DNA from: a virus
Direction: 5' to 3' (one strand)
Virus record (IMG/VR): IMGVR_UViG_3300023174_000082
Location: 1-64,000 of that record
Length of the DNA stretch: 64,000 nt
Shown here: positions 36,200 through 45,688 of the stretch, in pieces
How the letters are laid out: each line of letters opens with the position of its first letter
Numbering within the stretch: position 1 is the stretch's first letter
Notes under the pieces: generated by a model
Told to the model about the DNA's origin: nothing
The model's input: the letters and a program-made list of their open reading frames with translations, nothing else
Databases searched by the model: none
Program-made: the position numbers and the translations under genes

Positions 36200-37705
36200 T
36201 CAAACAAGGTACTGTCTAAGCACTTCAATTGCGCTTTCAGTCACTTTGATTGATTCTGCAATTCTACGTTGTTCTTTTTCAATTTTGGCCACAAGGGCTG
36301 AATCATTTGCTAGTTTGGCCTGGCGAAGGAGTCCTTGCAATCTTCCATCAACAGCGTTATAGTCATTGATGTAGCTTTCAAGGTCTGCAATGTCTTTTCC
36401 GTAACTGTTTAACCTAGCTCGTTTTGCATCACTCTTGCTGAGAGTAATGACTGCTTGATCAAGAATTGCATTGGTCTGCTCAACAGCAATACCAAACTCA
36501 ATTCCTAGCTCGGATGTTGTAACTTTTGGCGGTGTGTTATTGTAGTCTACCGGGGGTATCTTTGGGTTACCAGTTACTCTAACTGCGGCAGCATTTAGTG
36601 TAACTCTGTTCACTGTGTCAAACACTGGCTCTCCTGGAGCCAACTGTTTCATTGCATCGTCAACTTTGGTTGCTGAAAAATCCACAGCAAAACTTGCATT
36701 TCGTGCTGTTTCATTCAGTGCTGTTTTAACATCAGTAGGCAGTGCTTTTCCTTGAGCCCAGTCCATGGTGTTGGTTATACTTTTGGCTGCATTCAATGCT
36801 GTGCCTGCTAGAGCACCGGCGCTGAGTTTGTCTGTAGGAATGCCTAATGCTTTTACTCCAGTCAGCCCATTGCTCATTAATTCTTGCTGTATGGTTTCTT
36901 GTTTTGGCAATGATCCTAACAAATCTTTTAGACTGGTAATGCCAGCCTTGCCTGTAAACACTGTGGGACTTTTTAAAACACTAGTCAATGTGTTGGTGCC
37001 ACTGGATAAAAATTGTGATACTGTGCCTGGTTTAAGAACTCCAGCAGCTTCCAGTTGAGACCCGTCAAACCCAAACTTTCCAACGCCTATAGAATTGCTA
37101 ACTTGACTGGCCACTTGTCCTATTGATCGAGATGCAGATGCCAAACTAGCAGTTACTTGACTTACTGATAAATTGCTAATGCCTGCCAACGCTGGCACTT
37201 GCTTGGCAAAATCTGGTATACCAATAGCAGCCGTTGGAGCTAATGCGCCAGCTGCGGCACTTTGTATGCCGCCAAGTGTTTGTTTGGCTACACTTATTCC
37301 TGAGTTTACTGCGCCAGCAATGCTGCTTGGTAATGCCGAAGCTGCTTGTAGTATTCCTGGTGCGCCAAGACCACCAGTGAGTCTGTTAGCAATACCCGAA
37401 GCAGCGCCATCAATACCACCAGGAATATTTTTTAATGCACCTTGCAATGCTCCTGACACTGTGCCACCAATGCCACTGGCAGCTTGTGACAAACTGGCTG
37501 CTGCCGATGACAATCCTTGTGCTGCCTGTGTGGCTGAACTCAAAGCATCGCCAACTTTTAGACCTGTTAGACTTCCTGTGCTTGCTTGTTTGTCAAAGAT
37601 AGCTTTGGCCTGATCAAACGTCATGCCTGGAGGAGCCTTAACTGTAAACACTTCTCCTATAGTTTTAGAAGAAAGTGCATCTAGGGAAAATTTAAATTCA
37701 CTCAT
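36200..37705 (-). CDS. Hypothetical baseplate-associated protein
   Basis: 501 aa with an A/G/S-rich N-terminal half and a coiled C-terminus, coupled to the gp5-like gene. Confidence 0.6.
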   Translation of the reverse strand: MSEFKFSLDALSSKTIGEVFTVKAPPGMTFDQAKAIFDKQASTGSLTGLKVGDALSSATQAAQGLSSAAASLSQAASGIGGTVSGALQGALKNIPGGIDGAASGIANRLTGGLGAPGILQAASALPSSIAGAVNSGISVAKQTLGGIQSAAAGALAPTAAIGIPDFAKQVPALAGISNLSVSQVTASLASASRSIGQVASQVSNSIGVGKFGFDGSQLEAAGVLKPGTVSQFLSSGTNTLTSVLKSPTVFTGKAGITSLKDLLGSLPKQETIQQELMSNGLTGVKALGIPTDKLSAGALAGTALNAAKSITNTMDWAQGKALPTDVKTALNETARNASFAVDFSATKVDDAMKQLAPGEPVFDTVNRVTLNAAAVRVTGNPKIPPVDYNNTPPKVTTSELGIEFGIAVEQTNAILDQAVITLSKSDAKRARLNSYGKDIADLESYINDYNAVDGRLQGLLRQAKLANDSALVAKIEKEQRRIAESIKVTESAIEVLRQYLV

Positions 37706-39210
37706 GCTGTTTTCACAATCTCTACTCCAGCTGGTACCGGTTCGGCGCCTGGTGGAGGATCAGGCTGGCCTTCTTCAAAATCTAATTTAGTTTCAACTCC
37801 GGCATTGTGATAAGGCCAAGGTTCATGTGTGGGTGCTCTGGGCACAATAGTTTCTAACTTGTCTGTTTCAACTTCCCATCCTTTAGAAGTGCTAAATGTA
37901 GTTGAATCTAACAGTATTTTTTCTAATGCTTTTGGTGCATCAACTGCTGGGGCGGCAGGACCGTTGAAGTCAATGCCGCCAGCTGACACAACAAAACTTC
38001 CGCCAGCTGCCCAACTTCCGCCAGCACTTTCTAAGGCTAATGTTCCGTCAGCTTTCACACCAATTGTAGCTTTGCTGTACAACTTTAAATCAGCTTGTGC
38101 AGTAATTGATGCATTTACATCTGCTTCAACTGTGAAGTTGTTTTTGGCTTTGATATTAAAATTTCTCCCAGCGTACATGTTGATGTCTTGATCAGCATGA
38201 ATGTTAACATCGCCTTGACTGCGCACGTTTACTGAGTTTGTGCTGTAGACATCAATTGTACCTTCTTGACCTAGCTCAATCCAAGTTTGTCCGTTGGCAT
38301 GAATAAGATAGATAAAGTTGTTAGAGTCATTCATCATGAACTGATGACCTTTGGCGCTGCGCAGTCGAAACAGTTGATTTCTTCCGTTAATGTCGCCGTC
38401 GTCCATGACAAATGTGTGTCCGCCCATGCGGCCAATCACTTCTAACTCTGCTGGTTTTACTTCACCAGAGTTGAGTTTTTGTCGTATGTCAGCAGGCTTC
38501 AATCCACCTTGGTAAATTGCTGTTCCTGGTGTGGAAATACCAAAAACTGCTGACGGGCTTTCACGTTGACTTGAACTGCGGATAGGACCGCGTTCAGTGT
38601 CCTTGGCTAGTCCTTGTTGGAACAATGCCGCTGCCACTACGCTTTGCACTGGTTTGGCTTGATCAAAAAATCTTCCAGCGTTGTCTAGTTTGTTGTTGTT
38701 GGTGTTGAGTTCTGTTACTGGCAACAGTGGTGATTCGGCAAAATATGATTCTTGATTTGCATTGGTTGTTACATAGTTTGCTTCAGCACCAATAGCTGGT
38801 ATCATGTGTGTGAGTCCATTTTCTGGCAGCACACCAATATAGTAACCTTGTGAACGATCGCCATTGATAAAAACACACATGACTTGCAGGCCAAGATCAG
38901 GGGGAGTGAACCACATGCCATAGCTGTTGGGGTTGCCTGGATAGGTACCTGAATCGTTATCAGCTGTTTTGCCTGGAGGTGTTACTCCGTAAAAAGGTGG
39001 CATATAGCTTACTGTGGTCCATTTGCTTTGATCTTGGTCATCGCTTCCAGCATTGAATGCTTCAATAAACACTTGCAGTCTACCAAGTCGTGCAGGATCA
39101 ATGTTGTTCATTACTCGACCAACATAAGGACCGTACTCAGCAGGAACTCCGCCACGATCTTGTTTGTAGTTTGACGGTCTTCCCCTACTGCGTTCAATTT
39201 CTTCTGCCAT
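37702..39210 (-). CDS. Baseplate central spike, gp5/VgrG-like
   Basis: OB-fold motif VGRVMNNIDPARLGRLQV..YGMWFTPPD, beta-helix repeats and a C-terminal APTHEPWPYH. Confidence 0.8.
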   Translation of the reverse strand: MAEEIERSRGRPSNYKQDRGGVPAEYGPYVGRVMNNIDPARLGRLQVFIEAFNAGSDDQDQSKWTTVSYMPPFYGVTPPGKTADNDSGTYPGNPNSYGMWFTPPDLGLQVMCVFINGDRSQGYYIGVLPENGLTHMIPAIGAEANYVTTNANQESYFAESPLLPVTELNTNNNKLDNAGRFFDQAKPVQSVVAAALFQQGLAKDTERGPIRSSSQRESPSAVFGISTPGTAIYQGGLKPADIRQKLNSGEVKPAELEVIGRMGGHTFVMDDGDINGRNQLFRLRSAKGHQFMMNDSNNFIYLIHANGQTWIELGQEGTIDVYSTNSVNVRSQGDVNIHADQDINMYAGRNFNIKAKNNFTVEADVNASITAQADLKLYSKATIGVKADGTLALESAGGSWAAGGSFVVSAGGIDFNGPAAPAVDAPKALEKILLDSTTFSTSKGWEVETDKLETIVPRAPTHEPWPYHNAGVETKLDFEEGQPDPPPGAEPVPAGVEIVKTA

Positions 39211-39218
39211 GTTTCACC

Positions 39219-42035
39219 TTAAGTTTCTCTTGCGCCTCTTTGTGTGCCACGAGGATTGGCATTTCTAAAAACTATAGCCGCACCTTGATTTGTATTAACA
39301 CCAACCACCTGCCCATTGCTAACAATTGGTTCTGCTGGATTCCAAGGGGTAGGTGTGTAGTTACTAAATCTAGCCAGCTCGGCTTGCGCAAATGAATCAC
39401 CTGCCGCAGATGGACCAGCTCTTGAAAATGGAGCATTTCTTGGTCCAGTAGCCGTGGCTTTTTTCACTGTGGCGGCGGCAGTTTTTGCTGCACTAGACCC
39501 GCCAGGGCCAGAACGAGTCAATGCCTGATTGATTGCATCTTGTTCAGCAGTTGACGCACCACCGTAACTTTCATCTCCAGCTGCTGGTGTAGATGCAGTT
39601 GTAGCGGTGTTTGTTTTTTGTGGAATTGGTACAGAATAAATTACAGCGTCAATATCTTGTTCAAATCTTCCTTGATTAAAACTACTTACAATTTCTTTTG
39701 CTCGGTATACAATACTTTGAATGGGCTGTCGATCACCGTAGATTTTTTCAGTACGACTATATGGATCGGCAAGACCTGTGGTTAAGTTGTAGTCTTCTGG
39801 ACGTTGCCACACCAACTCAAACAGCACGTCACGGATATCAAAATTTATTGTGCCATCTCGTGCAAATGGTGAGTATGAAATTTTACTTGCATCCAATGCT
39901 CCAGCAACAGATCCTTGTTGTATCCATGCAGGATCTCCCAAAATTTTTATCTTGGCGCTGGCGTTATCCGATGGGTTGTACAAGTACTCAGCCGCGCTGG
40001 CTCCCAGCTCGTTGGCTTTGCCGCCGGCTCCTTGAGAAGATTCTGTACTGCGACTTTGATAAGAAATAAAAGGAATTTCTCTCATGCTAGTGGCCTGTGT
40101 TTTTCTAATAGTGGCTAAGGCTGAATTTTCTGGGCTGGATCCAGTTAGTGTTTGAATGTACAGTTTATTGAAAGTGGCAGTGTAATTTAACACTGCTGTA
40201 TTTTCACCAGTAAACCACCAAGGGTAACGTTTAACTAAACCAGGAAACTTTACTCCAGGAAAGTAACTGCTTTTCATTTCAGCTGGTGAGTAAGGCACTA
40301 TAATAAATTTTACTCGATAGGCAAAATCGTTGCGTTTTTCATCATACTCCAAAGGAGTGGCCGACATCAATATGTTAAACCATTTGAAGTCTTGTGTTTC
40401 TGATCCTGGTTTAACTTCTGGATCACCACTCTCCTCATTGAGAATCAAGTTTGCTTGATCAGTAATATAGCTAGAATTTCTCACAATCAATTCAATTGCT
40501 TGCAGTACCTGCATGCCGGCTGTGATGCCAAAACTTCTTGTTTTAGTATCCATAGCACCTTTGTCTGGACTGGCTGCAGAAGGATCGCTTGACACTGGGG
40601 CACTTACTGCGGTAGCAGATTTGTTTACAGGCGTTCCAGGTTTTTGTACAGTGGCATCTTGTATTAATTCAGCGCCATTGGCAAATTCCAATTCATATAC
40701 ATCTGCCACGGTGTAAGTTCCAATTGATACCAAACGTTGCTGTTCGCTATTCATAGCTTCAATCAATCCACGCTGTATGGTTTTTTTGTTGTTAGGTGCA
40801 GCAGTTGCTTTGGGTGGGACTCGTGGATCGCTGGCAGCAGATCGGCGTCCGCGACCATCTGTCTGAGTTCGATCTGCTGTGGTTGTTGCGCCAGGGGTAG
40901 CGGCAGCAGGGGGTGCGCCGTATACTGCTTGGCCTTTAAGCATGTCAGACACACTGGCACCAGTGAGTTCAATGTCACCAGGGATAGTACCTCTCTTGGT
41001 ACCTCCAGCAATCAGCTGTCCAATTGGAGCACATTCAAAATCATAGCTGACCAGTTTGCCGGCCACAGACCAATTGATATTTTTGATTCTAAACGGAATG
41101 TATTTTTCTATCAAGGCACTAGGGTCTGACAATCCAGTTACTGGATCTGCCACACCTACTGTTTGTAAATTTCCATTTGCATCGTAGCCAAAAAATCTAA
41201 TTACCATGAGATATATTGCTGCTGCATAATTTACGGCACCTGCGGCACCTTTGGGTGCTACGTCTTGTACTGCTTTGTAAATGTTGTCTATCAAGGTAAT
41301 GTTGGCTGGCTCAATCACTGTGAACTTTAGGTCAGTTACTGAGTGCGCAGCCATGGTATTTTTGCCAAGCAGTTTGTTAGTGACTTTTATTGAATCTATG
41401 TAGTAGTCGTAAGGAAAAAACGGATTGCGTCCAGCTTCAAACGAAGGTGACTGAGGGGCTGCAGGTGTAGAACTACTAGTACCATCGTTTTCAAAAAATG
41501 TTTGTAATGAAGGTGCTGCTGGACCTTGAGGGCCACCAATGTTGTTGGGTGCGCCGCCAGTTTGAAACAGCAAATTATAACCGTTGATTGTTTTTTTCTC
41601 AGACAGTTGATATGCCGAATACTGTGCATTAGACATCAAATATACTGATGCTTGATAGGTATAGCTTGAAAACTTATCTAATACGTTTGGCTGCGGTTTG
41701 ATTGTTTCATTGGCAGGGCTTGCGGCATTTACTGCGGCCTGTGCGTTAACTGTGCTTGGTGCGGGATTGTTGTCATTGGCGCCAACCCCTGGTTCAGTTT
41801 TTAACTCAACACCACCTGCAATTCCTGACGCATCATAACGTTCACCAGTTTCGGGGTTTATTCGTAAGTTTGATAACGCACCGTCTTCTGCTCGAATATT
41901 GAAACCTATTGCTTGACCATCCTGATTTACACCATTAGTAGCTTGTGTCTGAGTTAGTGTTTTTACTGGAGGATCGGTATTTTGATCTCCTCCACCAGCA
42001 TTAGAAACAACTGGAACGTCTGCGGTTGTGGCCAT
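39219..42035 (-). CDS. Baseplate hub-like protein (gp27-like position)
   Basis: PNVLDKFSSYTY, LKFTVIEP and IKILGDPAWI, located between the gp53-like and gp5-like genes. Confidence 0.55.
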   Translation of the reverse strand: MATTADVPVVSNAGGGDQNTDPPVKTLTQTQATNGVNQDGQAIGFNIRAEDGALSNLRINPETGERYDASGIAGGVELKTEPGVGANDNNPAPSTVNAQAAVNAASPANETIKPQPNVLDKFSSYTYQASVYLMSNAQYSAYQLSEKKTINGYNLLFQTGGAPNNIGGPQGPAAPSLQTFFENDGTSSSTPAAPQSPSFEAGRNPFFPYDYYIDSIKVTNKLLGKNTMAAHSVTDLKFTVIEPANITLIDNIYKAVQDVAPKGAAGAVNYAAAIYLMVIRFFGYDANGNLQTVGVADPVTGLSDPSALIEKYIPFRIKNINWSVAGKLVSYDFECAPIGQLIAGGTKRGTIPGDIELTGASVSDMLKGQAVYGAPPAAATPGATTTADRTQTDGRGRRSAASDPRVPPKATAAPNNKKTIQRGLIEAMNSEQQRLVSIGTYTVADVYELEFANGAELIQDATVQKPGTPVNKSATAVSAPVSSDPSAASPDKGAMDTKTRSFGITAGMQVLQAIELIVRNSSYITDQANLILNEESGDPEVKPGSETQDFKWFNILMSATPLEYDEKRNDFAYRVKFIIVPYSPAEMKSSYFPGVKFPGLVKRYPWWFTGENTAVLNYTATFNKLYIQTLTGSSPENSALATIRKTQATSMREIPFISYQSRSTESSQGAGGKANELGASAAEYLYNPSDNASAKIKILGDPAWIQQGSVAGALDASKISYSPFARDGTINFDIRDVLFELVWQRPEDYNLTTGLADPYSRTEKIYGDRQPIQSIVYRAKEIVSSFNQGRFEQDIDAVIYSVPIPQKTNTATTASTPAAGDESYGGASTAEQDAINQALTRSGPGGSSAAKTAAATVKKATATGPRNAPFSRAGPSAAGDSFAQAELARFSNYTPTPWNPAEPIVSNGQVVGVNTNQGAAIVFRNANPRGTQRGARET

Positions 42036-42038
42036 ATG

Positions 42039-42341
42039 TTAATACCCCAATGTAGATTTTAGTGTTGATTCTTTGGGAAGATAAATTTGTGTTCCTACAG
42101 AAAAATCCAGTGGAGGTTTGATTAATGTGTTTGGATTGCGTTGATAGAACACCCACCAAAGACCTGGCACGCCATACAAGTCATAGGCCAACATGTCAGG
42201 TCTATACTGATAGGTTAAATTTATAGTAAACAAAATATCATCAGTTTCTTTGGGAATAGGTCTGTTGACCATGACATCCAAGAAAAATTGTGAGTACCCA
42301 GTTTGATAGTAAGGACTGGTAGAGTCGTAGTTTGTGGCCAT
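42039..42341 (-). CDS. Baseplate wedge subunit, gp53/LysM-like
   Basis: YQYRPDMLAYDLYG..LWWVF..N..GTQIYLP. Confidence 0.8.
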   Translation of the reverse strand: MATNYDSTSPYYQTGYSQFFLDVMVNRPIPKETDDILFTINLTYQYRPDMLAYDLYGVPGLWWVFYQRNPNTLIKPPLDFSVGTQIYLPKESTLKSTLGY

Positions 42342-43828
42342 TACCAGAATCCTCCTTTGAGCAAGTTACCTTTGGCAAAGTTTTCTAGACTAAATCCCTG
42401 GCTGACTTGTTGTCGAGTTTGTAGTGGGTGCAACACAATTGATATTTCTATCTTGGTAGGAACATAAGTTGTTTGACCCAATCCATTTACTGTATTGCGT
42501 ACCACACCTAAGTCTACTGGTGTTCCTTGAGCACCTTTTGGCAGTAGAGAAGTTTGTAGTCGTCGCAAAACACTTTCAATAGTTGATGCTGGCGAACTTG
42601 AAACCTTAGATGTTCTGTCAGACATGTTTAACCCTTGATTGTTAGGCTTGACTTGTATGTAATCAACGTTATTGGGCAAAGTATAATTGAAACTAGCAAC
42701 CAAACAAGGATGGTTGTTGAATTGATATTCGCCAAATCCAGACAGCTCAACCAATGGTGGTGGCGATCCACGTTGCGGATCCTTGCCATAAAACATTTTT
42801 GTAACTGAACGGAAAAAGTGTATCACTGCCAGCAAATATTCAGCTTCGGCAGTGTCTTGTGCTGTGAATGTTCCAGTAACAGTTATATCGCCAACTTGAC
42901 TGCTTTGATAAAAGTATCCACGATAGTTTGAGTGTGTGAGATTGTAACTGTCGTACTTGGCTGAGTACTGAGTTTGTATCGTTGGTGTGTAGGGAAAAAT
43001 TATTCCATCTGTGGGAACCAATGGGCGCAAAATACCAGGATCTTCTGCTTTGTAAAGATATTTTGCACCCGGAGCCAATCTCAGTCTAACACGCCAATCA
43101 CCTTGTGAGGATGTGTTAAATCGCTGTTGCAGTGTGAATTGATCACGCAGTTGTGATTGTGCGGCTGCCCCGGCTGCCGCAGCAAAATCATAAGGATCAA
43201 GATTGGCAGCCCGCGCAGCTTCTGCATCTACTGCTGCTGCATCATCACGTTCGGACAGCACTGGTGCTGGACCAAAAACTGCAACGCCTTCTTCTGCACG
43301 TATTCTTGCCAGTTCGGCTTCGTTGGCTGCATCTGTTGCTGCTGCATCATCACGTTCGGACTGAGCTGGTGATGGTCCAAAAACTGCAACACCTTCTTCT
43401 GCACGTATTCGTGCTAGTTCAGCTTCGTTGGCTGCATCTATTGCTTCATCGCCCGACGCTGACGCTGGCGCAGGTGCAAAAACTGCAACACCTTCTTCTG
43501 CACGTATTCTTGCCAGTTCAGCTTCATTGGCTGCATCTATTGCTTCATCACCAACTGGTGAAATGGTTCGTGCGGGTGGTATAGCTGCTAATGCTTCATC
43601 ACCATTGGCAGGGACCGGGGTTGGAACTTCGACTTGTGTTGCTGTAGTTGTAAATGATACTGTGTATGTGTTATCAGGATTAATCTTATCAGATGCACTA
43701 GTACGATCAAAACTGATATTTTGTCCTAATGTGGCAAATGCTTCGCTTCGTGCTTGTGCAGTAGCCAAAGACAAAGCTGTATCATAATCGTTAGCAGTTG
43801 CGTCGGCAGAAAATGTTGCTGAAGACAT
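42341..43828 (-). CDS. Tail tube initiator or baseplate-tube junction-like protein with N-terminal repeats
   Basis: C-terminal GIIFPYTP..THSNY..GSPPP..LSGFG..SFNYTLP, typical of tube-fold baseplate proteins. Confidence 0.6.
   Translation of the reverse strand: MSSATFSADATANDYDTALSLATAQARSEAFATLGQNISFDRTSASDKINPDNTYTVSFTTTATQVEVPTPVPANGDEALAAIPPARTISPVGDEAIDAANEAELARIRAEEGVAVFAPAPASASGDEAIDAANEAELARIRAEEGVAVFGPSPAQSERDDAAATDAANEAELARIRAEEGVAVFGPAPVLSERDDAAAVDAEAARAANLDPYDFAAAAGAAAQSQLRDQFTLQQRFNTSSQGDWRVRLRLAPGAKYLYKAEDPGILRPLVPTDGIIFPYTPTIQTQYSAKYDSYNLTHSNYRGYFYQSSQVGDITVTGTFTAQDTAEAEYLLAVIHFFRSVTKMFYGKDPQRGSPPPLVELSGFGEYQFNNHPCLVASFNYTLPNNVDYIQVKPNNQGLNMSDRTSKVSSSPASTIESVLRRLQTSLLPKGAQGTPVDLGVVRNTVNGLGQTTYVPTKIEISIVLHPLQTRQQVSQGFSLENFAKGNLLKGGFW
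43225..43552 (-). repeat. Imperfect in-frame tandem repeat (3 copies of DAANEAELARIRAEEGVAVF; periods 105 and 99 nt)
   Basis: AAAAACTGCAAC..TTCTTCTGCACGTATTC starts at 43274, 43379 and 43478. Confidence 0.9.
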
Positions 43829-43845
43829 ATTTTTTTCCTATACCT

Positions 43846-43853
43846 TATTTATT
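43846..43853 (-). promoter_or_regulatory. Late promoter-like AATAAATA heading the baseplate operon
   Basis: Intergenic, followed by AGGA and the ATG at 43828. Confidence 0.55.
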
Positions 43854-43884
43854 GCTGATAAAAACAGCATAGTTTAACAAGAGG

Positions 43885-43912
43885 TTGACAATTGTTGTAA
43901 ATATGCTACAAT
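43885..43912 (+). promoter_or_regulatory. Sigma70-type promoter for the late sigma gene
   Basis: TTGACA (43885-43890), 16-nt spacer ending in TGC (extended -10), TACAAT (43907-43912). SD AAGGAG lies downstream. Confidence 0.7.
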
Positions 43913-43937
43913 CCTAATAAGGAGACCTTGTCATACT

Positions 43938-44834
43938 ATGACTCTATTACCAAAAGCGGCACCTCGTGTCAATTATCTAAACAACCGTGACATTTTGAAA
44001 GAAATACATTTCAGCAAGAACACCTACTGTTGTTACCGTGATCCAGCAACCGATCATCAATACGACATAATTTTGCCCAGTCTAGACAAAATAAATCAGC
44101 GTACCATTGTTGAAGCTCGAAGAAATCGAGCAGATCGTATCAAACGCGAAACTGGTGAAGTAATTGACCAAAAGAAGATCCCCAACACAGACCTTGTGTT
44201 TAGAATCACCTGCTGGGAACACATACCCATGGCACCCAAAAAAGTTACCAAAGCTGCTGCCAAGAAAAAGAAACTGGAAGATATACTTGATTTGGATGAT
44301 GTGTCAGAGGATCCGTTGGCAGACTTGATAGATGAACCTGTGCTGGACCCCACACATGTGCGTGTGAACTTTCCCCCGTTTTTTCACTACAGACTCGACG
44401 AACAAAAAATACCGTTTTTGGTGGGTAAGAGTCACTGGCGTGGCGATTTGACCACAGGAGAGTTTTCAAAGGATCACGGCACAATGACCAAGAAGCTGGC
44501 CATGATGTTTATGAAACTGTGTGAACGCTATGCCACACGTTCCAACTGGCGCGGCTATACCTACAACGAGGAAATGCGTGGACAAGCTCTACTTCAACTT
44601 AGTCAAATTGGTCTTCAATTTGACGAATCAAAATCGCAAAACCCCTTTGCTTACTATACCGCTGCGATCACTAATAGTTTTACACGGATTCTTAACATCG
44701 AGAAAAAGAACCAGAACATTCGAGATGACATACTTGAAATGAACGGCCTGAACCCGTCATGGACTAGACAGAACTCTGGCAAAGCTGGCATGGCGGCCAT
44801 GAGTGGTCCAGTGACCACTACATATGAAGAATGA
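43938..44834 (+). CDS. gp55: Late-transcription sigma factor, T4 gp55-like
   Basis: NYLNNRD, NWRGYTYNEEM and FDESKSQNPFAYYT..F, located next to gp47/gp46. Confidence 0.85.
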   Translation: MTLLPKAAPRVNYLNNRDILKEIHFSKNTYCCYRDPATDHQYDIILPSLDKINQRTIVEARRNRADRIKRETGEVIDQKKIPNTDLVFRITCWEHIPMAPKKVTKAAAKKKKLEDILDLDDVSEDPLADLIDEPVLDPTHVRVNFPPFFHYRLDEQKIPFLVGKSHWRGDLTTGEFSKDHGTMTKKLAMMFMKLCERYATRSNWRGYTYNEEMRGQALLQLSQIGLQFDESKSQNPFAYYTAAITNSFTRILNIEKKNQNIRDDILEMNGLNPSWTRQNSGKAGMAAMSGPVTTTYEE

Positions 44835-45688
44835 CTGTTGCCATAGCTTACAGTTCAGGATGCTATGGAACTTATGTTGAGTGGTGCCTAACATCACTCA
44901 CATCCACAGCACCTGTTGTTAGTCCGTTCACTCAGATAGGAAGCAGTCATCGATTTATTGGGCGTCACTTGTATAACCTTGACGGATGGCGTTTATTACT
45001 TGCCCTAAACGACCAGCCGTCTTTTGTTAGATTACACCCAAAACAACATCCAACCATCAGTCTCAGTAAAAATTTAGACTATCTTTGCGAAACCGCCAAG
45101 TCTGTAGTTTATCTTTACCCCGATCGTGAATATCTGTTGTTAGTGTTGAACAACTGGATTACAAAAACTACATTTCATTCTTTTAAAGTATTGTTACATT
45201 CATTAGGGTTGGCTGCAAAAGATACTGAAATTTCAGGTAGTTCACCGCAATGGTTGCAACGCAAATTTCTAAGTGTTCATTTCATATCATGGGTTTTTGA
45301 AATTTTAGAATGGTATCATTTAGATCATTGGTCGCACCCTAATGCTTGTGTGGTAACTGTCAAAGAGTTGTTGTTTGATTTTGAAAATTGCCTTAATAAG
45401 ATACAACAACACTGCAACTTAAAATTTCTTAGATCACCAAATGAGTTGCAATCTTATCATGATCAAAATTTGCAACTACAACAATATCTGCATCAAGACC
45501 AATTGTGCAACAACATTGTTGAATCTGTACTGACTGGTGATAGTTTTTCTTGGCCTGGTTTGCCCTTGATGAGCGAAGCTTGGTTACAATGGCAATTGAG
45601 AAACCTGGGATTCGAAATACAGGGTGATGGGCTTGACAACTTGCCTACAAATAGTTTACAATTGAGAGAACTACTGTATACCGTATGA
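44831..45688 (+). CDS. Hypothetical protein, degenerate sulfotransferase-like
   Basis: N-terminal VAIAYSSGCYGTYVEWCL. The C-terminus is similar to that of 51237..52289. Confidence 0.6.
   Translation: MTVAIAYSSGCYGTYVEWCLTSLTSTAPVVSPFTQIGSSHRFIGRHLYNLDGWRLLLALNDQPSFVRLHPKQHPTISLSKNLDYLCETAKSVVYLYPDREYLLLVLNNWITKTTFHSFKVLLHSLGLAAKDTEISGSSPQWLQRKFLSVHFISWVFEILEWYHLDHWSHPNACVVTVKELLFDFENCLNKIQQHCNLKFLRSPNELQSYHDQNLQLQQYLHQDQLCNNIVESVLTGDSFSWPGLPLMSEAWLQWQLRNLGFEIQGDGLDNLPTNSLQLRELLYTV
45633..45662 (+). promoter_or_regulatory. Sigma70-type promoter for gp47/gp46, inside the end of the upstream ORF
   Basis: TTGACA (45633-45638), 18-nt spacer, TACAAT (45657-45662). Confidence 0.5.

Noticed and set aside
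43225-43552. CRISPR-like repeat array
   Set aside because: The repeats are in-frame coding, about 60 nt, vary at synonymous positions and have no cas genes nearby.
17360-43787. Numerous + strand ORFs opposite the baseplate genes, and similar antisense ORFs elsewhere
   Set aside because: They are antisense shadows of long real genes, with no motifs or initiation signals.
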